A stretch of DNA of 32,000 bases from contig OW818675.1 in the NCBI GenBank assembly GCA_942493095.1, positions 2,070,001 to 2,102,000 on the forward strand, given 5' to 3'. The translations under genes and the position numbers were made by a program. This document shows positions 29,401 through 32,000 of this stretch, in pieces. Origin of the DNA: Candidatus Electronema halotolerans. Its GTDB lineage: Bacteria; Desulfobacterota; Desulfobulbia; Desulfobulbales; Desulfobulbaceae. The notes beneath the pieces were generated by a model. It ran no database searches, was not told the origin of the DNA, and saw only the letters and a program-made list of their open reading frames with translations. Within the stretch, counting starts at the first letter, position 1. Every line of letters begins with the position of its first letter.

Positions 29401-29636
29401 TTGTTGGATTCGTAGAGATCAGAGGCGGGGAAGGTTTCTAAGCGGCGGATGATGGAAGCAATTTCGCTGGGAGTGATCTTTTGTTCCGCATAGCGGCGGG
29501 CAAGGTATTGGCTCAGATCGTCTTTGAGCAGTACATCGCCGGGATCGCGGCTGATTTTTTCACCTGGAAGATGAAGATAGCCTTGCTTGTCCAGCAATTC
29601 GATGATGGCTTGTTCGAGCCGCGCTTCGGTGAACAT
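26406..29636 (-). CDS. hsdR: Type I restriction endonuclease subunit R
   Basis: 1076-aa ORF with nuclease 'IPDAILYINGLPLVVFEFK', Walker A 'GATGCGKSFTMLFLTR', 'ISDEAHR', 'YIGFTGTPID'. Confidence 0.96.
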   Translation of the reverse strand: MFTEARLEQAIIELLDKQGYLHLPGEKISRDPGDVLLKDDLSQYLARRYAEQKITPSEIASIIRRLETFPASDLYESNKAIMKMVADGFLLKREDRSQKDIYIQLIDSSDLGEFRAPAASELIAVTAEAPARYGSGQNIFKLVSQLEITGYEKRIPDAILYINGLPLVVFEFKSAIREEATIHDAYVQLTTRYRRDIPELFKYNAFCVISDGVNNKAGSFFAQYEFFYAWRKTDGSELKDKDGIDSLFTMIKGLFNQDRLRDIIRNFIYFPDSSKKDEKILCRYPQYYAAKKLFQNIKAHRRPHGDGKGGTYFGATGCGKSFTMLFLTRLLMKSVEFASPTIVLITDRTDLDDQLSAQFVAAKGYIGDEAVISVASRVQLRELLQGRNSGGVFLTTIHKFTEDTDLLTERNNVICISDEAHRSQLNLEQKVRVTEQGLRRSYGFAKYLHDSLPNATYIGFTGTPIDATLDVFGPVVDAYTMTESVKDEITVRIVYEGRAAKVLLDNAKLEEIEDYYAQCAEQGAGEYQIEESKKATAKMNAILGDPDRIRALADDFVRHYEARVKEGATVKGKAVFVCSSRKIAWNLYKEIIALCPAWAEVKVCEEGAELTENERKEIMPMERLKMIMTRSQDDPKELYDLLGSKDWRKELDRQFKSGKSNFKIAIVVDMWLTGFDVPFLDTMYIDKPVQRHTLIQTISRVNRRFEGKEKGLVVDYIGIKGQMNQALAQYSKMDSTNFEEISQSITVVKDHLDLLGKLFYPFDTSLYFTGTPNEQLCCLNRAAEFAMITDAQEKRFIALVKRLKAAYDICCGTDRFSQNERDHIHLYLAVRSIIFKLTKGTAPDLAQMNAKVREMIKDALASDGVEEIFKMGEDGGKEHDLFDDDYLAKIDKIKLPNTKLKILQQLLAKAIEDFKKVNKIKGVDFSKKFKDLVERYNERKEDDILRSEVLEDFTDEIYDLIAALKKEKESYGDLGIDLEEKAFYDILKALAHKYDFAYPEDKLLLLAKEVKVVVDDKSKYTDWSQREDVKAELKADLIILLAENDYPPVDRDEVYKEIFEQAENFKQYQSRAALPD

Positions 29637-29695
29637 GGGGGAAGGGGGGAAAGGGTGAAGGGGAAAGGGTGAAGAAAAAAGGGTGAAGGGTGAAG
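29637..29695. repeat. G-rich degenerate GGGTGAAG-type repeat, left flank
   Basis: GGGGAAGGGGGGAAAGGGTGAAGGGGAAAGGGTGAAGAAAAAAGGGTGAAGGGTGAAG. Confidence 0.85.
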
Positions 29696-29696
29696 T

Positions 29697-30053
29697 TTAT
29701 TTTCTTTTTTCTTTCAGTTTTCTGCATATTGTTGTGAGAATGGCGGCCAATTCATTGCATTCTTGTTTTAATCCGTCGAGGCGTGCTGATTCTATCAGTT
29801 CGGCTTCTTCAATCAGTTCGAGCCAGTACAGGCTTTCGTGTGCTTCTTTCACAGCGATGCTGTATTTGGTCAGAAAGTCGGCCTCGCTTTGTGCGCCTTC
29901 TCCTTCGGCGATATTTGCTCCGATTGATGTTCCAGAGCGAAGCAGTTGTCTGCTAAGTGTTTTGTTGATTCCCGGTTTTTGATCAAGGACTTGACAGAGT
30001 TTTACAATTCGCAGGGCAAATTTCTTTGATCGGTCTGGCAAATCACGTTTCAT
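29697..30053 (-). CDS. Four-helix bundle protein (23S rRNA intervening-sequence / S23-like)
   Basis: 'MKRDLPDRSKKFALRIVKLCQVL...SRQLLRSGTSIGANIAEGEGAQSEADFLTKYSIAVKEAHESLYWLELI' is the family signature. Confidence 0.88.
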   Translation of the reverse strand: MKRDLPDRSKKFALRIVKLCQVLDQKPGINKTLSRQLLRSGTSIGANIAEGEGAQSEADFLTKYSIAVKEAHESLYWLELIEEAELIESARLDGLKQECNELAAILTTICRKLKEKRK

Positions 30054-30068
30054 AATTTCACCATTTAT

Positions 30069-30112
30069 TCTTCACCCTTCACACTTTACCCTTCACACTT
30101 TACCCTTCACCT
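30069..30112. repeat. C-rich (inverted) CTTCACCC-type repeat, right flank
   Basis: TTCTTCACCCTTCACACTTTACCCTTCACACTTTACCCTTCACC, the complementary orientation of the left flank. Confidence 0.85.
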
Positions 30113-30113
30113 T

Positions 30114-31418
30114 TCAAACTTCCCCTTTTGGAATGCGCAGTTCGCCGGAGAGGAGTTTTGGGAGCAGGGTGTCGCGGAGGGTTGCAAGTGTTTTGTTTGA
30201 GAAGCAATTTAATGAAATTTTATCAAAGTAACTTGTCCCGATCTGCAAAAAGCAATTCATAATTTTTTGTGAAGGCAGCAATATACTTGCCTCATTGACA
30301 TTTCCTTTATTGATATGCTGTTGCGCTCCGCCAGTTTGAGATGAAATAATTCCCTCTATATTGTTTGTTATCCAAAGATAGACGAACTCATTTGGAAGTT
30401 CTTCTTTTCCAAGAATTCCAACAACTGATTGATTAGCACAACATTCAATCTCGTTCAGACTAACCTGACCGAGAGTTGCTCCTGTTATGGCCAGAAGAGT
30501 TGTTCTTTTTGGTAAAAGTTTTGTCGCAGATTTTCGGACTGCTTCCTCAGTAATCAATTCTGAAGGTTCAATAACTCTAAATTCATTAACCTTACCTGAA
30601 TTTATCCAAGGAATGCTTCCATTATTCCAAAACTCCTTATTTTTACGTGCAGGAGTTCCACCAAGGATAGTTTCTAATTCATCACCAATTTTTGTAACCT
30701 CCCACCCCTTGGGAATCCAGCCCATTTCATCGATGTACACAAACTCATCAGGGAAAAGAGCACGGATTTCAGCAGGCAGCGGCTTGCGTTTGTCGCCCAA
30801 TGCAGCACGAACGGCAGCACGTTCAGCAAGCTCCTCCGGCACTTCCTTGCCGCCAGCAAGGGCATTGTCAATCACCGGGTCAAAATCAACAAACCAGCTC
30901 TTGAACAACGCCTGCGCCATCGCTTCCAATGTTTCATTCATCCGCCGATTCAATTCGATTCGGTCATCAAGAGAACCAAGAATATTGGCAATTGCTTGTT
31001 GAGTGGACCGTTCAGGAGCAAATACAAGTATCCGCTTCATATCGCCCTGTGTTAGTTTAGGACGAGTGGAACCTGATAAATAACTATTTACATCAGATAC
31101 TTGGAGTGCATAACATAGAAACCTTGTATTTGAGCTACTGTTTGCCTGCAAAATATGAGCGTGGTTATTGACCCAGAACTTTCCAGAAGCAAGAAATGCT
31201 ATAGGAGTATTGCGGCTTTTAAGATTTTCTCCGTCTTCTGCAAGCAATATATATTCTCCATCAAAAATATACGAATCTACATAATCAGCTATTCCAGAAG
31301 CTCCGTAATATGGATAAGGGCCAGACTTGCGATCCGTCTTTTTTACAGGAACTCTCATAGAATCATAAATCTCTACCAATTCTACAAGCGGTCGCTGCTC
31401 GTATAAATCATTCTCCAT
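30114..31418 (-). CDS. hsdS: Type I restriction-modification specificity subunit S
   Basis: Two TRD-like halves: '[33 protein letters not shown]', '[45 protein letters not shown]', '...[12 protein letters not shown]'. Confidence 0.93.
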   Translation of the reverse strand: MENDLYEQRPLVELVEIYDSMRVPVKKTDRKSGPYPYYGASGIADYVDSYIFDGEYILLAEDGENLKSRNTPIAFLASGKFWVNNHAHILQANSSSNTRFLCYALQVSDVNSYLSGSTRPKLTQGDMKRILVFAPERSTQQAIANILGSLDDRIELNRRMNETLEAMAQALFKSWFVDFDPVIDNALAGGKEVPEELAERAAVRAALGDKRKPLPAEIRALFPDEFVYIDEMGWIPKGWEVTKIGDELETILGGTPARKNKEFWNNGSIPWINSGKVNEFRVIEPSELITEEAVRKSATKLLPKRTTLLAITGATLGQVSLNEIECCANQSVVGILGKEELPNEFVYLWITNNIEGIISSQTGGAQQHINKGNVNEASILLPSQKIMNCFLQIGTSYFDKISLNCFSNKTLATLRDTLLPKLLSGELRIPKGEV

Positions 31419-32000
31419 AACCCAAGACCTCCAAATTCTTCCGAATCACCGCATCCAATTCCGCAGCTTCCCGCATCTGCTCAAACAAGGCCGCAGTCAG
31501 CTCGGACATCTTCTCCTCAAACGGCACGCCGTCATCCTCAATCTCTGCCGCGCCCACATAACGCCCCGGCGTGAGCACATAATTATGCCCCCTGATTTCC
31601 TCCAAACTCGCTGACTTGCAAAACCCGGCCCGATCTTCATACTTCACCCTTCCCTCTTCACCATTCCCCCTTCCCCCTTCCCCCTTCCAACAATGATACG
31701 TTCCCGCAATTGCAGCAATTTCCTCCTCCGAAAGATCCCGATGCACCCGGTCAACCAAACTGCCCATCTTACGGGCATCAATGAACAAAGTCTCGCCGCT
31801 GCGGTCGCGGAAACCGCGTGCAGCATCCGCTTTTTTGTTTTTGCTCAAAAACCAAAGACAAACCGGAATCTGGGTGGTGTAGAAAAGCTGGCCAGGCAGG
31901 GCGATCATGCAATCCACCAGATCGTTTTCAATGATCTTTTTCCTGATCGCGCCTTCCGTGCCAGTGGCAGTGCTCATCGAGCCGTTGGCCAGAACAAAAC
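31408..32000 (-). CDS. hsdM: Type I restriction-modification methyltransferase subunit M (C-terminal part; truncated by window edge)
   Basis: '[55 protein letters not shown]...[33 protein letters not shown]'. Frame is open through position 32000. Confidence 0.95.
   Translation of the reverse strand, partial: FVLANGSMSTATGTEGAIRKKIIENDLVDCMIALPGQLFYTTQIPVCLWFLSKNKKADAARGFRDRSGETLFIDARKMGSLVDRVHRDLSEEEIAAIAGTYHCWKGEGGRGNGEEGRVKYEDRAGFCKSASLEEIRGHNYVLTPGRYVGAAEIEDDGVPFEEKMSELTAALFEQMREAAELDAVIRKNLEVLGYGE
31638..31688. repeat. CTTCACCC/CCCTTCCC-type repeat inside hsdM
   Basis: ATACTTCACCCTTCCCTCTTCACCATTCCCCCTTCCCCCTTCCCCCTTCC, encoding the in-frame insert [16 protein letters not shown]. Confidence 0.75.

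Noticed and set aside
29637-30112. CRISPR array interpretation of the GGGTGAAG/CTTCACCC repeats in the hsd region
   Set aside because: The units are 7-10 nt, degenerate and contiguous without unique spacers, and no cas genes are present.

Overview
The window is mostly ordinary chromosomal backbone with moderately high GC, and the gene content looks deltaproteobacterial (that taxonomic reading is inference). Backbone genes are pheT, an IHF-alpha-like gene, tRNA-Pro(GGG), an M48-type membrane protease, aroB, an fmdB-type zinc ribbon gene, an SDR gene, serC, trmL, a DUF721 gene, rnr, a RelA/SpoT homologue, rtcB and groSL. The accessory content is: (i) a four-gene minus-strand locus (8217-12257). 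Two of its proteins begin directly with duplicated 'GSVGxGGxN..DVR..Y.LFNK' peptidoglycan-binding-like repeats and lack signal peptides; one is fused to a papain/transglutaminase-like Cys region and the other to a NodB deacetylase. They are interleaved with a lipoprotein and next to a 'GINIH...SAGCQV' protein, and could be an exported cell-wall-targeting effector/immunity system. (ii) An AT-rich insert with a CoiA-like nuclease gene, next to an orphan BrnA-like antitoxin. (iii) A gene graveyard (22884-23880) holding an apparent N-terminal fragment of a CBASS-type SMODS/CD-NTase, an antitoxin plus a PIN toxin split by an in-frame amber codon, and a HigA remnant. (iv) A type I restriction-modification operon. 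In it a four-helix-bundle (IVP/S23-like) gene sits between hsdR and hsdS, bracketed by inverted GGGTGAAG-type repeats, with a third related repeat inserted in frame inside hsdM. (v) A secreted extremely Cys-rich protein with two DUF1566-like modules. No CRISPR array, transposase or rRNA was seen.
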